From a virus (Duplodnaviria; Caudoviricetes), in IMG/VR virus record IMGVR_UViG_3300031784_000006: a stretch of DNA of 64,000 bases. One strand, 5' to 3'. The notes under the pieces were generated by a model, which did not search any database, was not told the origin of the DNA, and saw only the letters and a list, made by a program, of their open reading frames with translations. This document shows positions 55,477 through 63,999 of this stretch, one piece after another (position 1 is the first letter of the stretch; the number at the start of each line of letters is the position of its first letter). Both the position numbers and the translations under genes were made by a program.

Positions 55477-56490
55477 ATGGCAAATCACTATTTTAAAAAC
55501 GTACCAAACTTTGAATACGTAGATAGGACAAAAGATAGTAAAGAAATATCAAATTACATTACTGTAAAAAATTTATTCAGAAGAGCAAAACTTCGAGAAG
55601 ATATATTTTCTAATCTTTCTTTTTTTGAAAAGTATGAAATACAAGGAGATGAAAGACCTGATAATGTAGCATTTAAATTTTATGAAGATGAAACTTTGGA
55701 TTGGGTAATTCTTCTTTCAAATAATATTCTAAATTCTCAAACAGAGTGGCCACTTCCACAGAATGCATTCACCAAGATACTACTTGATAAATATGGTTCT
55801 TATGATAATCTTTATAATGGAGTTCATCACTATGAGACAATTGAAGTCAGAGACTCTTTAAATAATATCATTCTTCCTCAAGGACTGAGAATCAATAATA
55901 CGTGGAAGACAAATGGGAATTTTATAGAGATGAATAATTCAAAAATATCCCAAGTCTTTTCTGGAAATGGAGTAACTCCATCTACAACTGCAACAATAAC
56001 ATTGAAAACAGGACTTCAGGGATTGACTGTTGGTTCGGAAGTTTTAATCAATAATATTTCTGAGCAAGTATACAACGGAAGATATGAAGTTACTTCAGTA
56101 TCTTTAGATGCATCTTCTAACCTAACAATATCGTTTACATGTGAATTACCAACAACTCCAGTTGCAGCTTCACCAACACTAAGTACTAGCAGTCAAGAAG
56201 AAGTTTTATTTAAAGATAATATTGGAGGCAATTCTTATTACTATGAATACTTTGATTACAACTTGGGATATTATATCACATTATCATCTTCATCAATATT
56301 ATCAGAAATTACAAACTACAATTACGAATTAAGTGAAGAAAATAAAAAAAGAAGTATTTTTATTTTAAAACCAAGTTATTTGAATGTCTTCTTTAATGAT
56401 TTGGCAGATATTATGACATACAAAAATGGTAGCACTCAGTATGTGAATGCTACCTTGAAGAGAGGAAATAATTCTAGACTTTATGAATAA
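55477..56490 (+). CDS. gp53: Baseplate wedge subunit gp53
   Basis: YFKNVPNFEY...VKNLFRRAKL...YEIQGDERPDNVA..FY...LDWVILLSNNI. Confidence 0.9.
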   Translation: MANHYFKNVPNFEYVDRTKDSKEISNYITVKNLFRRAKLREDIFSNLSFFEKYEIQGDERPDNVAFKFYEDETLDWVILLSNNILNSQTEWPLPQNAFTKILLDKYGSYDNLYNGVHHYETIEVRDSLNNIILPQGLRINNTWKTNGNFIEMNNSKISQVFSGNGVTPSTTATITLKTGLQGLTVGSEVLINNISEQVYNGRYEVTSVSLDASSNLTISFTCELPTTPVAASPTLSTSSQEEVLFKDNIGGNSYYYEYFDYNLGYYITLSSSSILSEITNYNYELSEENKKRSIFILKPSYLNVFFNDLADIMTYKNGSTQYVNATLKRGNNSRLYE

Positions 56491-57441
56491 TCAGTCTTCA
56501 GCAAGACGCTGGAAGTAGGAGAGAGCATCATCTTCATCATCATCCTGTGTAATCTTGGGAAGTGAGGGAGACTTTGAGCGAACATAAGACTGTTCTAGTT
56601 CTTCCATAACTTTATCCTCACGAGTAGGAGTGGAAGAATAAGATTCGAACTCATCCTCTTGCTCAACGACAGCACGAGATTGAACTGCTGTATTAGTCTG
56701 ACTCAAACCAAGAACATAGTTCATACGAGTCTCAAGTTCTTTATATGTCTTGAATTGGTCTGGTGCAGTGATTGCAGAAAGAGAATATTCCTTCTTCCAG
56801 ATTGCTTCAAGTGCATCATCATCGTCCAGAAGAGGTGCAACACGATCAAACTCAGACTTATCGTAGTTCCAATAACCATCCTTCTTGACAATCTTGAGTT
56901 TGAAGTTTGCTCCAGCCCAGAAGTCAAAGGGATTGATTGGTTCTTCATCTTCAAATTCTGGTTGCATTGCATTCAGAATTTTATCAAAGATTTTCTTACC
57001 ATATTTAAATAGAAATACTTTTCCCTCATTTTGAGGATTAGTAGGATCCTTGACTACGTAAATGTTGGAATAATAAGACAGTTTACGCTTTTGTTTACGA
57101 ACAGTATCCTTATCTTTTTCACTACCACTATTCCAAAGACCACGATTGAATTCGCTGACAGGATCTTTTTGGCCTAGAGTTGTCAATGAATTTTCGATAT
57201 ACCAACCACCAGGACCTTGGAATGCATGAGAATACATCTTAATCCAAGGAAGTTCTTCCCCATCGGGAGCGGGAAGAAAACGAATGATTGCCGAACCTAC
57301 TCCAGTTTTATCCATCTCGGGTTTCCAGAGACGCTCATCAGCTCCACTGGAAGTAGTGCTCATTTTTTCTACTTGCTTTACCAACTTTTCAGTCAGAGAA
57401 CCAAGAGAAGATTGCTTTTTAAGATTTGCAAAATTAGACAT
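56491..57441 (-). CDS. gp32: Single-stranded DNA-binding protein gp32
   Basis: DERLWKPEMDKTGVGSAIIRFLPAP...GWYIENSLTT...NYDKSEF; acidic tail DDEDDALSYFQRLAED. Confidence 0.97.
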   Translation of the reverse strand: MSNFANLKKQSSLGSLTEKLVKQVEKMSTTSSGADERLWKPEMDKTGVGSAIIRFLPAPDGEELPWIKMYSHAFQGPGGWYIENSLTTLGQKDPVSEFNRGLWNSGSEKDKDTVRKQKRKLSYYSNIYVVKDPTNPQNEGKVFLFKYGKKIFDKILNAMQPEFEDEEPINPFDFWAGANFKLKIVKKDGYWNYDKSEFDRVAPLLDDDDALEAIWKKEYSLSAITAPDQFKTYKELETRMNYVLGLSQTNTAVQSRAVVEQEDEFESYSSTPTREDKVMEELEQSYVRSKSPSLPKITQDDDEDDALSYFQRLAED

Positions 57442-57485
57442 TTGTACCTCGTATTATTTGAGATTTGGCCTTTGTGTACTTCGTT

Positions 57486-57514
57486 ATTCTACAGGTCAGA
57501 ACCCGTCTTGTCAA
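57486..57514 (-). promoter_or_regulatory. Sigma70-type promoter TTGACA-N17-TAGAAT for gp32
   Basis: Consensus -35 and 17-nt spacer, 45 nt upstream of the gp32 start. Confidence 0.75.
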
Positions 57515-57833
57515 TCTGATGTTTCATCATCTCAAGCATCTTTGACATATTATTGAGAATGACATTCATATCTGTGCCAGGAGGCATACCCATCATAATA
57601 GCAGAACTGACAATACGTTCTTTCATTTCTTTTGCCTCAGGGTCATCAGATAAACTCATTCTTGTGTAAAGAACTTTTTGTTTATCCAAAAGAGTTTCAA
57701 GAACTTTAACATGTTCAAGTTTTTCACTTTTAGACATTGATGAAAACTTAAAAATATTACTATAAATTTGTTCTTGAAGTTCTGCAATTTCAGTCATCTC
57801 TGCACGGACAACTTCGGAACTAAAAAAACTCAT
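57489..57833 (-). CDS. DUF1825-like protein
   Basis: FFSSEVVRAEM...LLDKQKVLYTRMSLSDDPEAKEMK. Confidence 0.7.
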   Translation of the reverse strand: MSFFSSEVVRAEMTEIAELQEQIYSNIFKFSSMSKSEKLEHVKVLETLLDKQKVLYTRMSLSDDPEAKEMKERIVSSAIMMGMPPGTDMNVILNNMSKMLEMMKHQIDKTGSDL

Positions 57834-58426
57834 TGATCCTCCAAGACAATTTCCTTTAAAATTCGCCTGAAACGAAATACGTCAATATTTAGGAATGGAT
57901 TATATTTTTTAATCCGACGACTGACGGTTTGCCACACCGGGTCTTGAAGTTTCTTATCGAACCTGTTCCCGAACAGGAATATTCTATCATAAATCACCAT
58001 AGTTTCCAGGCTAATTTTCCCGCTCAGGAACTTTTTTAGAAGAGGTGGATGTCCCTTAGAACACTTAAAGACATCCTCAAATTTATTTTCTTCAAATAAA
58101 GATTGACTTTCTTCTTTAAAGATATAAGACAGTGATTGAATTTTCTTCTGCCAGTTTTGATATCTTTCCTCTCCCTCCTTTATCATTTCACCAATCCAAA
58201 GTGTTTCTGGATCTGGACAAGATACAAAATTAGCAACAAAAAAATCTACAACCTCTTCATCGGTTTTTTGTCTTGAAATTTTTTCAAACCACATTCTATC
58301 TTTTCTTTTATAAAAAGATTGAATAGTTGCTCTTGATTTACCACAATATTTAAAGTAATCATAAGTGTCTTTTGTGAAGTGATTCTTCAAAGACAAATAG
58401 CATTTATATGAATCAAAAGGCATCAT
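57830..58426 (-). CDS. gp59: Helicase loader gp59
   Basis: YLSLKNHFT...YDYFKY.GK...FYKRKDR..FEKISR; between gp33 and gp32. Confidence 0.88.
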   Translation of the reverse strand: MMPFDSYKCYLSLKNHFTKDTYDYFKYCGKSRATIQSFYKRKDRMWFEKISRQKTDEEVVDFFVANFVSCPDPETLWIGEMIKEGEERYQNWQKKIQSLSYIFKEESQSLFEENKFEDVFKCSKGHPPLLKKFLSGKISLETMVIYDRIFLFGNRFDKKLQDPVWQTVSRRIKKYNPFLNIDVFRFRRILKEIVLEDQ

Positions 58427-58683
58427 TAAAAAACTAATTTAGCACGAGATGTTTTCTTTAGAAAATTCAGTTCCATTGCTTCATACTTAATCTTTTCCTT
58501 CAAAGGTTTTGAAATAAGTTTAGGAACTGATTCTAAATCAATGTTGTTTTGTTCACAGAAATAGATAATCGCATCAATGTAATTCATCTCAACGTTTACC
58601 TGCACAAGACTTTCAATCTCCTGAGCGAAACGTGACGGACAAAAGAATTTACTTTCTAATGCTTTCTCTAATTCATTCTCCAT
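58426..58683 (-). CDS. gp33: Late-transcription coactivator gp33
   Basis: FAQEIE...YIDAIIYFCEQNNIDLESVPKLISKPLKEKIKYEAMELNFL; start reassigned to MENEL. Confidence 0.88.
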   Translation of the reverse strand: MENELEKALESKFFCPSRFAQEIESLVQVNVEMNYIDAIIYFCEQNNIDLESVPKLISKPLKEKIKYEAMELNFLKKTSRAKLVF

Positions 58684-59353
58684 CTGACCCAATATTGTGA
58701 TGTACAAATTCTTTGATATAACGAACTAATAGTCTAATATAATCGTCTTTGTTTCTTTTGTCAAATACTTTAACTTCGCCACCAGGAGTAACCATTAGTG
58801 TAATAAGTTTTTTAACAACTTGACCAGTAAGTTCATAGTACGCAGCAGCATAAAATGTTTCTTGCACAAAGTAGTTTTCAATCCACTCTTCTGGTTTAAT
58901 TTTGTCTGAGGTCTTAAAGTCAATGACTGCTAACTCCCCTTCATATTCAGCAATACAGTCAACCCGCCCAGCGAGTCCAAGATATTCTGAATAGAGAGTT
59001 CTTTCAATCGCATGAATATTATTTATCTTATCAAGGTAGGGTTTAGCATGGTGAAACATATGTTTTGTCAGGACTTGATAATTATCCCAAACAAGTTCTT
59101 TATTTTCGAGATAGTCTTGACAGACTTGGTGAAAATCGGTCCCCCTTGCAGTAGCTCTTTTAGTAATACGATTTGCTTCTTCAAGACCTACACGTTGTCT
59201 CCACTTTGCAAAAATTTGACGATTATAAAAAGAAGTTACAGAGGTAATAGAAGGCACCCAGTTTCCATTAGGTAAATTATAGAGACGGATGCTTTCTGTT
59301 GTTTTACACTCTAATTCAATGTCACCCAAATAATTATGATGAATAAAACTCAT
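58673..59353 (-). CDS. PD-(D/E)XK (Cas4-like) exonuclease
   Basis: PSITSV...RGTDFH...E...AGRVDCIAEYEGELAVIDFKTS...YFVQ. Confidence 0.85.
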   Translation of the reverse strand: MSFIHHNYLGDIELECKTTESIRLYNLPNGNWVPSITSVTSFYNRQIFAKWRQRVGLEEANRITKRATARGTDFHQVCQDYLENKELVWDNYQVLTKHMFHHAKPYLDKINNIHAIERTLYSEYLGLAGRVDCIAEYEGELAVIDFKTSDKIKPEEWIENYFVQETFYAAAYYELTGQVVKKLITLMVTPGGEVKVFDKRNKDDYIRLLVRYIKEFVHHNIGSDGE

Positions 59354-60102
59354 ACACCGACTTCCATTTTAGCAAGAATATATTCTTTTACAAATCCACT
59401 GCGAACAATGTCATCAACACCAAACTCAATAATATCAATTGAAGGCATGAGACGAAGAACCTTCATAAAATCAACAATACCATTCCTTTCGTTTGTTTTA
59501 ATCAAATCGGATTGAGTAGCATCTCCACAGAACATAATCTTAGAGTTCTCACCAACACGAGTAATGATACTATCGAGTTCATGATAGTTTAGATTTTGAA
59601 ATTCATCTACAATAATGATTGCATTGTCCAGAGTAGTTCCGCGAATAAAAGAAGTACTCCAAAAACTAATCGTTCCTTGAGTTTTGAGGTTTCCATAGAG
59701 CATTTCAAATGATGCATCATCTGGCATTTGGAACATATACTTTACCATATTCTTATACGGAATCTGATAAAGTGAAGACTTATCTTCATGGTCTCCTGGG
59801 AGAAAACCAATCTCACGAGTGGCAACAAGAGACCTTACAATATAAATTTTTTCGTAAGGACTTCTTTCATCAAGAACATCTTGAAGTGCATTATAAAGAG
59901 TGATGAAGGTCTTTCCTGTTCCAGCACATCCATAAGCAACTATATGTTGACCCTTTTCATATGCCCCAAATAAAAGCTTTTGATTATCTGTCAGAGGTTC
60001 AATGTCTCGCATCAAATCAAGACTGATTGGTTTTTTGCGCTTCATTTGTTTAGCCGTCATTCCAACACCAATTGGTTGGTCTTCTTTTCTTCTTCTTGCC
60101 AT
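59350..60102 (-). CDS. phoH: PhoH-like ATPase
   Basis: Walker A GCAGTGKT; IGFLPG; SFIRGTT; IIVDEFQN; FCGDATQSD; DIVRSG. Confidence 0.95.
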   Translation of the reverse strand: MARRRKEDQPIGVGMTAKQMKRKKPISLDLMRDIEPLTDNQKLLFGAYEKGQHIVAYGCAGTGKTFITLYNALQDVLDERSPYEKIYIVRSLVATREIGFLPGDHEDKSSLYQIPYKNMVKYMFQMPDDASFEMLYGNLKTQGTISFWSTSFIRGTTLDNAIIIVDEFQNLNYHELDSIITRVGENSKIMFCGDATQSDLIKTNERNGIVDFMKVLRLMPSIDIIEFGVDDIVRSGFVKEYILAKMEVGV

Positions 60103-60109
60103 AAAAAAA

Positions 60110-60358
60110 TTAAATTGGTTTTACTGTTGAACCTGGGACTTTTGATGCTTTGTGGAGAACATCATTCCAACCTGGATGAGACTTCTTAAGTCTATCATAA
60201 ACTTCTCCGACTTCTCCGGAAGAGGGGCAAGTGGATGGGTCTGACCAATCCCTATCCCACTCAGGATTATCTTTTTTCCATTGATCCCAATCATGAACAC
60301 TGAGAACGACTTCTTTTTGTTCTCCAGTATTTTTATTAATAACAGGATATGTTGCCAA
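60110..60358 (-). CDS. Small conserved hypothetical protein
   Basis: ATYPVINKNTGEQKEV...HPGWNDVLHKASKVPGS; TTG start. Confidence 0.65.
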   Translation of the reverse strand: MATYPVINKNTGEQKEVVLSVHDWDQWKKDNPEWDRDWSDPSTCPSSGEVGEVYDRLKKSHPGWNDVLHKASKVPGSTVKPI

Positions 60359-60384
60359 ATTTATTCCTCCATTGTATGTAAGGA

Positions 60385-60392
60385 TATTTATT
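60385..60392 (-). promoter_or_regulatory. T4-type late promoter (AATAAATA)
   Basis: Built on the thyX TAA stop. Confidence 0.4.
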
Positions 60393-61110
60393 CAATAGTA
60401 ATCGAAGGGGGATCAATACAATCCGAACATCCTTCGCGAGTCCAACCAAGTGCTTCAGATACTGCAGGAAACTGGCAGGTGAAGATGCAACGAACAAGTT
60501 CTGCAATCTCCATGTGTTCCTTCTGTGTTCCATGTGCAGAGCGAAGATCGATGTAGTGTATCCATGACCGCACAGAACCGGTCATATAGAGGCGTGTAGG
60601 GGTCGCTAGCGGCAGTACGAACCTTGCACACTCCTTTGCTACTCCTTTCTCCAGAAGGCGATTATAGAGGCGTAGAGACTGCTCAAAATGAACACGGATA
60701 TCTTCTGTAAGAGTCAAACGCAGATAGTCAGGAATATCATCAATACTATTCTGACGATTCTTGGTATCCTGACGACGGAGTTCAGGAAGAGGAATAGTCT
60801 TATTCAAAAGATTTGCGTCAGCATATCGTTGAGAAAATTCTTGATATGTAAAACTACGGTGACGCAAAATTTGAGCCGCAATACCACGAGTAGTATTAAT
60901 TTCTACAGTCATACTCGCTTGCTCAAAGATACTCCAGTGTTGATGTTGAATACAATACTTGAGCAGTCCAGAGAACTTCTCATTCTCTTGATTAGCAGGA
61001 TTACTCACTCTTGCACAATAAGCCATGTGCTTCTCTGCATCCGGAGTAACACTGATGAGTTTTACTTCTGGTTTCATGAACTCGAATTCAGTATAATTCT
61101 CAATAGTCAT
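60388..61110 (-). CDS. thyX: Flavin-dependent thymidylate synthase ThyX
   Basis: HWSIFEQA; RHRSFTYQEFSQRY (RHRx7SxR); ARFVLP; RSWIHYIDLR. Confidence 0.96.
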   Translation of the reverse strand: MTIENYTEFEFMKPEVKLISVTPDAEKHMAYCARVSNPANQENEKFSGLLKYCIQHQHWSIFEQASMTVEINTTRGIAAQILRHRSFTYQEFSQRYADANLLNKTIPLPELRRQDTKNRQNSIDDIPDYLRLTLTEDIRVHFEQSLRLYNRLLEKGVAKECARFVLPLATPTRLYMTGSVRSWIHYIDLRSAHGTQKEHMEIAELVRCIFTCQFPAVSEALGWTREGCSDCIDPPSITIE

Positions 61111-61273
61111 CTAAATCACTATCCTCAAAAATTTCGTCATAGTCGGCAAGATAAGGAACAACTTCCTCATAATTCAGTTTATAAGAATCTACATCAGAAT
61201 AAATCTCCGACTTTAAACATTCTACCAGAGATTCAAGATTTCTGACAATTAACTTAAGCTTCTCTCTATCCAT
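61100..61273 (-). CDS. Small acidic hypothetical protein (not in ORF track)
   Basis: Manual translation MDREKLKLIVRNLESLVECLKSEIYSDVDSY...DDY, 57 aa, directly after a sigma70 promoter. Confidence 0.65.
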   Translation of the reverse strand: MDREKLKLIVRNLESLVECLKSEIYSDVDSYKLNYEEVVPYLADYDEIFEDSDLDDY

Positions 61274-61296
61274 TCATATGAACGCTGACAAAGCTA

Positions 61297-61325
61297 ATTA
61301 TATACAAAAAAAAGAGGGGAGTCAA
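61297..61325 (-). promoter_or_regulatory. Sigma70-type promoter TTGACT-N17-TATAAT
   Basis: Near-consensus; overlaps the terminator hairpin. Confidence 0.75.
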
Positions 61326-61334
61326 GTCCCCTCT
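61306..61334 (-). terminator. Intrinsic terminator
   Basis: AGAGGGGA-CTTGAC-TCCCCTCT followed by a long T run on the minus strand. Confidence 0.85.
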
Positions 61335-61357
61335 GATTTAAACATTTTTTTCAAACA

Positions 61358-61456
61358 TTATCTATTACCAACAAGTTGAGCAATAGATGCTTGATAACGA
61401 CGATTTTCTTTTAGCTTCTGCTCTTTAATGAGTTGAAGTACATTGAGTTTCTTCAT
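61358..61456 (-). CDS. 32-aa basic peptide (not in ORF track)
   Basis: MKKLNVLQLIKEQKLKENRRYQASIAQLVGNR; ATGA overlap with the DUF4278 ORF; GGAGG RBS. Confidence 0.6.
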   Translation of the reverse strand: MKKLNVLQLIKEQKLKENRRYQASIAQLVGNR

Positions 61457-61590
61457 TTGTGACCCTCCTTAGTAAACTTAACACCACGATAGGTTTCGTT
61501 ATACTGTTGGGGTTGTTGCATCATTTGTTGTTGATACTCCAGACGCTTCTGGGTATCATACTCGATGCCACGATATACTACTTTAGCCAT
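61453..61590 (-). CDS. DUF4278-family small protein (not in ORF track)
   Basis: MAKVVYRGIEYDTQKRLEYQQQMMQQPQQYNETYRGVKFTKEGHK; twin YRG(I/V)xY/F motifs. Confidence 0.8.
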   Translation of the reverse strand: MAKVVYRGIEYDTQKRLEYQQQMMQQPQQYNETYRGVKFTKEGHK

Positions 61591-61620
61591 TAGGATTTCT
61601 TCCAGAATGAGATTGTTAGT

Positions 61621-61715
61621 CCCGTTCCTTCGGGCGGTTTGCGTTCGCTATATGCGAATAGCGAATGAACGTTCCGTTCCGCCGTCCTACTTGCGTCGGA
61701 TTTCTCCGATGAACG
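61621..61715 (-). ncRNA. Glutamine riboswitch-like RNA (glnA / downstream-peptide class), tandem
   Basis: Two CGUUC-A-hairpin-CGCAA...GGAACG units; AGUAGG...CCGAAG loop-E-like strands; starts at the predicted TSS and precedes DUF4278. Confidence 0.75.
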
Positions 61716-61722
61716 TAAGGTC

Positions 61723-61751
61723 ATTATAGACCCGTTAATATAGTTATGCAA
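61723..61751 (-). promoter_or_regulatory. Sigma70-type promoter TTGCAT-N17-TATAAT
   Basis: -10 ends 7 nt before the first riboswitch nucleotide. Confidence 0.7.
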
Positions 61752-61769
61752 GAACTTTTGTTACTTTTG

Positions 61770-62096
61770 TTACCGTTCTATATAACTCAATGTATGGTTC
61801 TGTGCATACAACTGCTCTATGATAATATCACATCCAATCTTGGGATTACAATCACCGCAAGTATATACATCCACAGCGGCTTTACCTTCTTCTGGCCATG
61901 TATGAATGCTGATATGACTTTCTGATAATAAACAGATTACAGTTACCCCTTGTGGTTCAAACTTTTTTGATATTGTTTGAACCACTGTGGCACCGCTGGC
62001 AATTGCGGCATTTTCTAATAAATCTATAAGACAACGCTCATCGTCCAAAAGAACAAATGAGCAACCATATAAGTTAAGTAGATAATGTTTTCCCAT
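61770..62096 (-). CDS. speD: S-adenosylmethionine decarboxylase proenzyme (pyruvoyl-dependent)
   Basis: F(E)PQGVT...LSESHISIHTWPE...AVDVYTCG; E|S autocleavage site. Confidence 0.92.
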   Translation of the reverse strand: MGKHYLLNLYGCSFVLLDDERCLIDLLENAAIASGATVVQTISKKFEPQGVTVICLLSESHISIHTWPEEGKAAVDVYTCGDCNPKIGCDIIIEQLYAQNHTLSYIER

Positions 62097-62748
62097 TTAA
62101 TTTTCTCCAGAAAACAGGATCAGAAAACATCATTTCTCTATTAACTAATCCTGGTATATTTTTACTTGTAATTGTAATGTCATAGGTTATAGAAATTCTA
62201 GGTGTTTCTCCATAATAGTCATCTACCCAATGACGCAAAGATGAAGGAAACATCAAACAGTTATTAGTAATAGCAGGAATAGAGATTGTACCTTCTTCGA
62301 ATGGAACAGTCCCATCCCACCAATCCAATCTACGTTTAAAATATAATTGACCGGTTTTATTGTCAGGCTCAGTCTGTAAGTAATAAACAAAACTAATGTG
62401 AGAATTTGGATGAGAATGGGGAAATAATCCAACATCTCCATTTTTTAAAATAACAGGCCAGCATTTTTGCACATAGAAGTTACATTTATCACTTTCTATA
62501 CCATATACGTCAATAAATTCTAAAAGCATTTTATTGACTTCATTATTTAACCAATCAAATTCTTTAAAAGTATGCAATTTGTCAAAGCAGACTTTATCAC
62601 CAACATAACTTGTATTTGAGTCAGATTCCAAATATTCATTCTCTTCATATTTAATTATTTCCTTCATCCCAAAAACAGTTTGTTCTGATGGAGATGATTT
62701 ATTTACTAAAACAGGACAGTAAAAAGTATCAAATATTTCCATTATCAA
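62074..62748 (-). CDS. 2OG-Fe(II) oxygenase-like protein
   Basis: PHSHPNSHISFVYYL...LMFPSSLRHWV...RISITYDI. Confidence 0.8.
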   Translation of the reverse strand: MIMEIFDTFYCPVLVNKSSPSEQTVFGMKEIIKYEENEYLESDSNTSYVGDKVCFDKLHTFKEFDWLNNEVNKMLLEFIDVYGIESDKCNFYVQKCWPVILKNGDVGLFPHSHPNSHISFVYYLQTEPDNKTGQLYFKRRLDWWDGTVPFEEGTISIPAITNNCLMFPSSLRHWVDDYYGETPRISITYDITITSKNIPGLVNREMMFSDPVFWRKLNGKTLST

Positions 62749-62944
62749 GTTCTTGCTCCAAATCGTCCAATAAAGAACTTATAATTGTCTCATTACCATC
62801 CATGGTTTTAATTTTATATAAAGAGGAATTTCTATATTTTTTAATTTTTTTATATCTTTTTAAAAGTTTAGTGACTTCATCATCATTAATAATTACTACT
62901 GCTTTACCATTCTTTGCTCTTTCAGCACCAAATCCTGCACTCAT
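62729..62944 (-). CDS. Small hypothetical protein
   Basis: 71 aa, overlaps both neighbours. Confidence 0.55.
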   Translation of the reverse strand: MSAGFGAERAKNGKAVVIINDDEVTKLLKRYKKIKKYRNSSLYKIKTMDGNETIISSLLDDLEQELDNGNI

Positions 62945-63249
62945 TTTCTTTTCTTTTTCTCTGGTTGTTTATATCCCCAAAGTTTTGGATTAGTTCTACC
63001 ATATCCAAAATCAATCTTTTTAACGGCACCGGGACCATACTTGTCATAATACATATCAAAAAGATTCACTCGTTTGGGGCAACGAGTTAGATCGATGTAT
63101 TCTTCACCATCTACAATATACCAAATTAAATATGCATCATTTGGAAGTGAAGAATCCTTTGCCTTTTCTACAGTAGTTTTTTCTAGAAGAATTTCGCATC
63201 CATATTCATGAGGCAGAACTTTATTGATTTTAGATTTATTTTCTGCCAT
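62941..63249 (-). CDS. Conserved hypothetical protein
   Basis: LPNDAYLIWY...FDMYYDKYGPGAV..IDFGYGRTNPKLWGY; start reassigned to MAENK. Confidence 0.65.
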   Translation of the reverse strand: MAENKSKINKVLPHEYGCEILLEKTTVEKAKDSSLPNDAYLIWYIVDGEEYIDLTRCPKRVNLFDMYYDKYGPGAVKKIDFGYGRTNPKLWGYKQPEKKKRK

Positions 63250-63275
63250 TCTTTCTTTCCCCTCTATTACTACAC

Positions 63276-63842
63276 TCATGAACGACCACCCCATTGAATA
63301 TCGGGGTATGCTTCTTTAACATTTTCAAAAGATATCTTATATTTACTGGTAAGATTTTTATCTTTTGTAAGGATTAATACTTCTGCTTCTTTTGGATGAA
63401 GACCCTGAAGTAGGTTTATAAACATCATTTCTCTGCGAATTGTTGTCAAAGAATCATTTCCACCCTTTAGGTAATGGTAAAGATTTTGATACTCTCTGCG
63501 AAGAGATGTTTTTCCTCTACCATCAAGGTCTTGACCAGTTGCAGATTCTCCTCCCAAAGATTCTCTTTTTAGATTTTCGGAAAGAGTACCTGAATATACA
63601 GACTGTTCTTCAGCATTTGCATATGGCACTTCGCCTTCAGGAAGAAGAGAAATTACGGAATCATCAAAGTTCCAAATAAAAATGGATTTTAATGAGTCAT
63701 GTTCGTATGTTTTAAGAACTTCAACTTTCTTTGCATTAGATTTTTGCTTTGATGCGAGTTCTAATACTTCAAATATAAAAGGATTTGTTGGAAGAGTCTC
63801 GATATTATCTTGACTCCTCTTCGTCTTCGTCGTCGTAGTCAT
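63276..63842 (-). CDS. Conserved T4-like hypothetical protein
   Basis: IFIWNFDDSVISLLPEGEVPY...RREMMFINLLQGLHPKEAEVL; start reassigned to MTTTT. Confidence 0.7.
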   Translation of the reverse strand: MTTTTKTKRSQDNIETLPTNPFIFEVLELASKQKSNAKKVEVLKTYEHDSLKSIFIWNFDDSVISLLPEGEVPYANAEEQSVYSGTLSENLKRESLGGESATGQDLDGRGKTSLRREYQNLYHYLKGGNDSLTTIRREMMFINLLQGLHPKEAEVLILTKDKNLTSKYKISFENVKEAYPDIQWGGRS

Positions 63843-63999
63843 AATCGTAATCGTTTTCAAATCGTACAGATACTATTTCGTCAGGTATTATTTGCCCATT
63901 TTCATCGAAGAACTCTGGATGCAAATATGGAGGTTTTGATTCTAACAAATATCTATAGGTTAACCAACCTATTATACCTCCTACCATAAAAAAGAGCAA
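63805..63999 (-). CDS. Small membrane-anchored hypothetical protein, probably 5'-truncated by the window edge
   Basis: Hydrophobic segment then HPEFFDENGQIIPDEIVSVRF and an acidic tail. Confidence 0.55.
   Translation of the reverse strand: MLFFMVGGIIGWLTYRYLLESKPPYLHPEFFDENGQIIPDEIVSVRFENDYDYDYDDEDEEESR

Noticed and set aside
58673-59353. Cas4 / CRISPR adaptation gene
   Set aside because: Standard stand-alone PD-(D/E)XK exonuclease in its usual position between phoH and gp33
60388-61110. Intron, intein or homing endonuclease in thyX or other core genes
   Set aside because: thyX, gp32, phoH and gp59 are uninterrupted and of normal length; no HNH, GIY-YIG or LAGLIDADG motif seen
561-61245. 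Antisense ORFs opposite real genes (e.g. 561..884, 6331..6759, 30419..31249, 41770..42336, 48617..49012, 60688..61245)
   Set aside because: Mirror the codon structure of the opposite-strand genes; no motifs, RBS or promoters
14634-63860. Longest-ORF starts at 15395, 39021, 58707, 63294 and 63860
   Set aside because: They overlap upstream genes extensively; downstream ATGs give normal coupling and family-like N-termini
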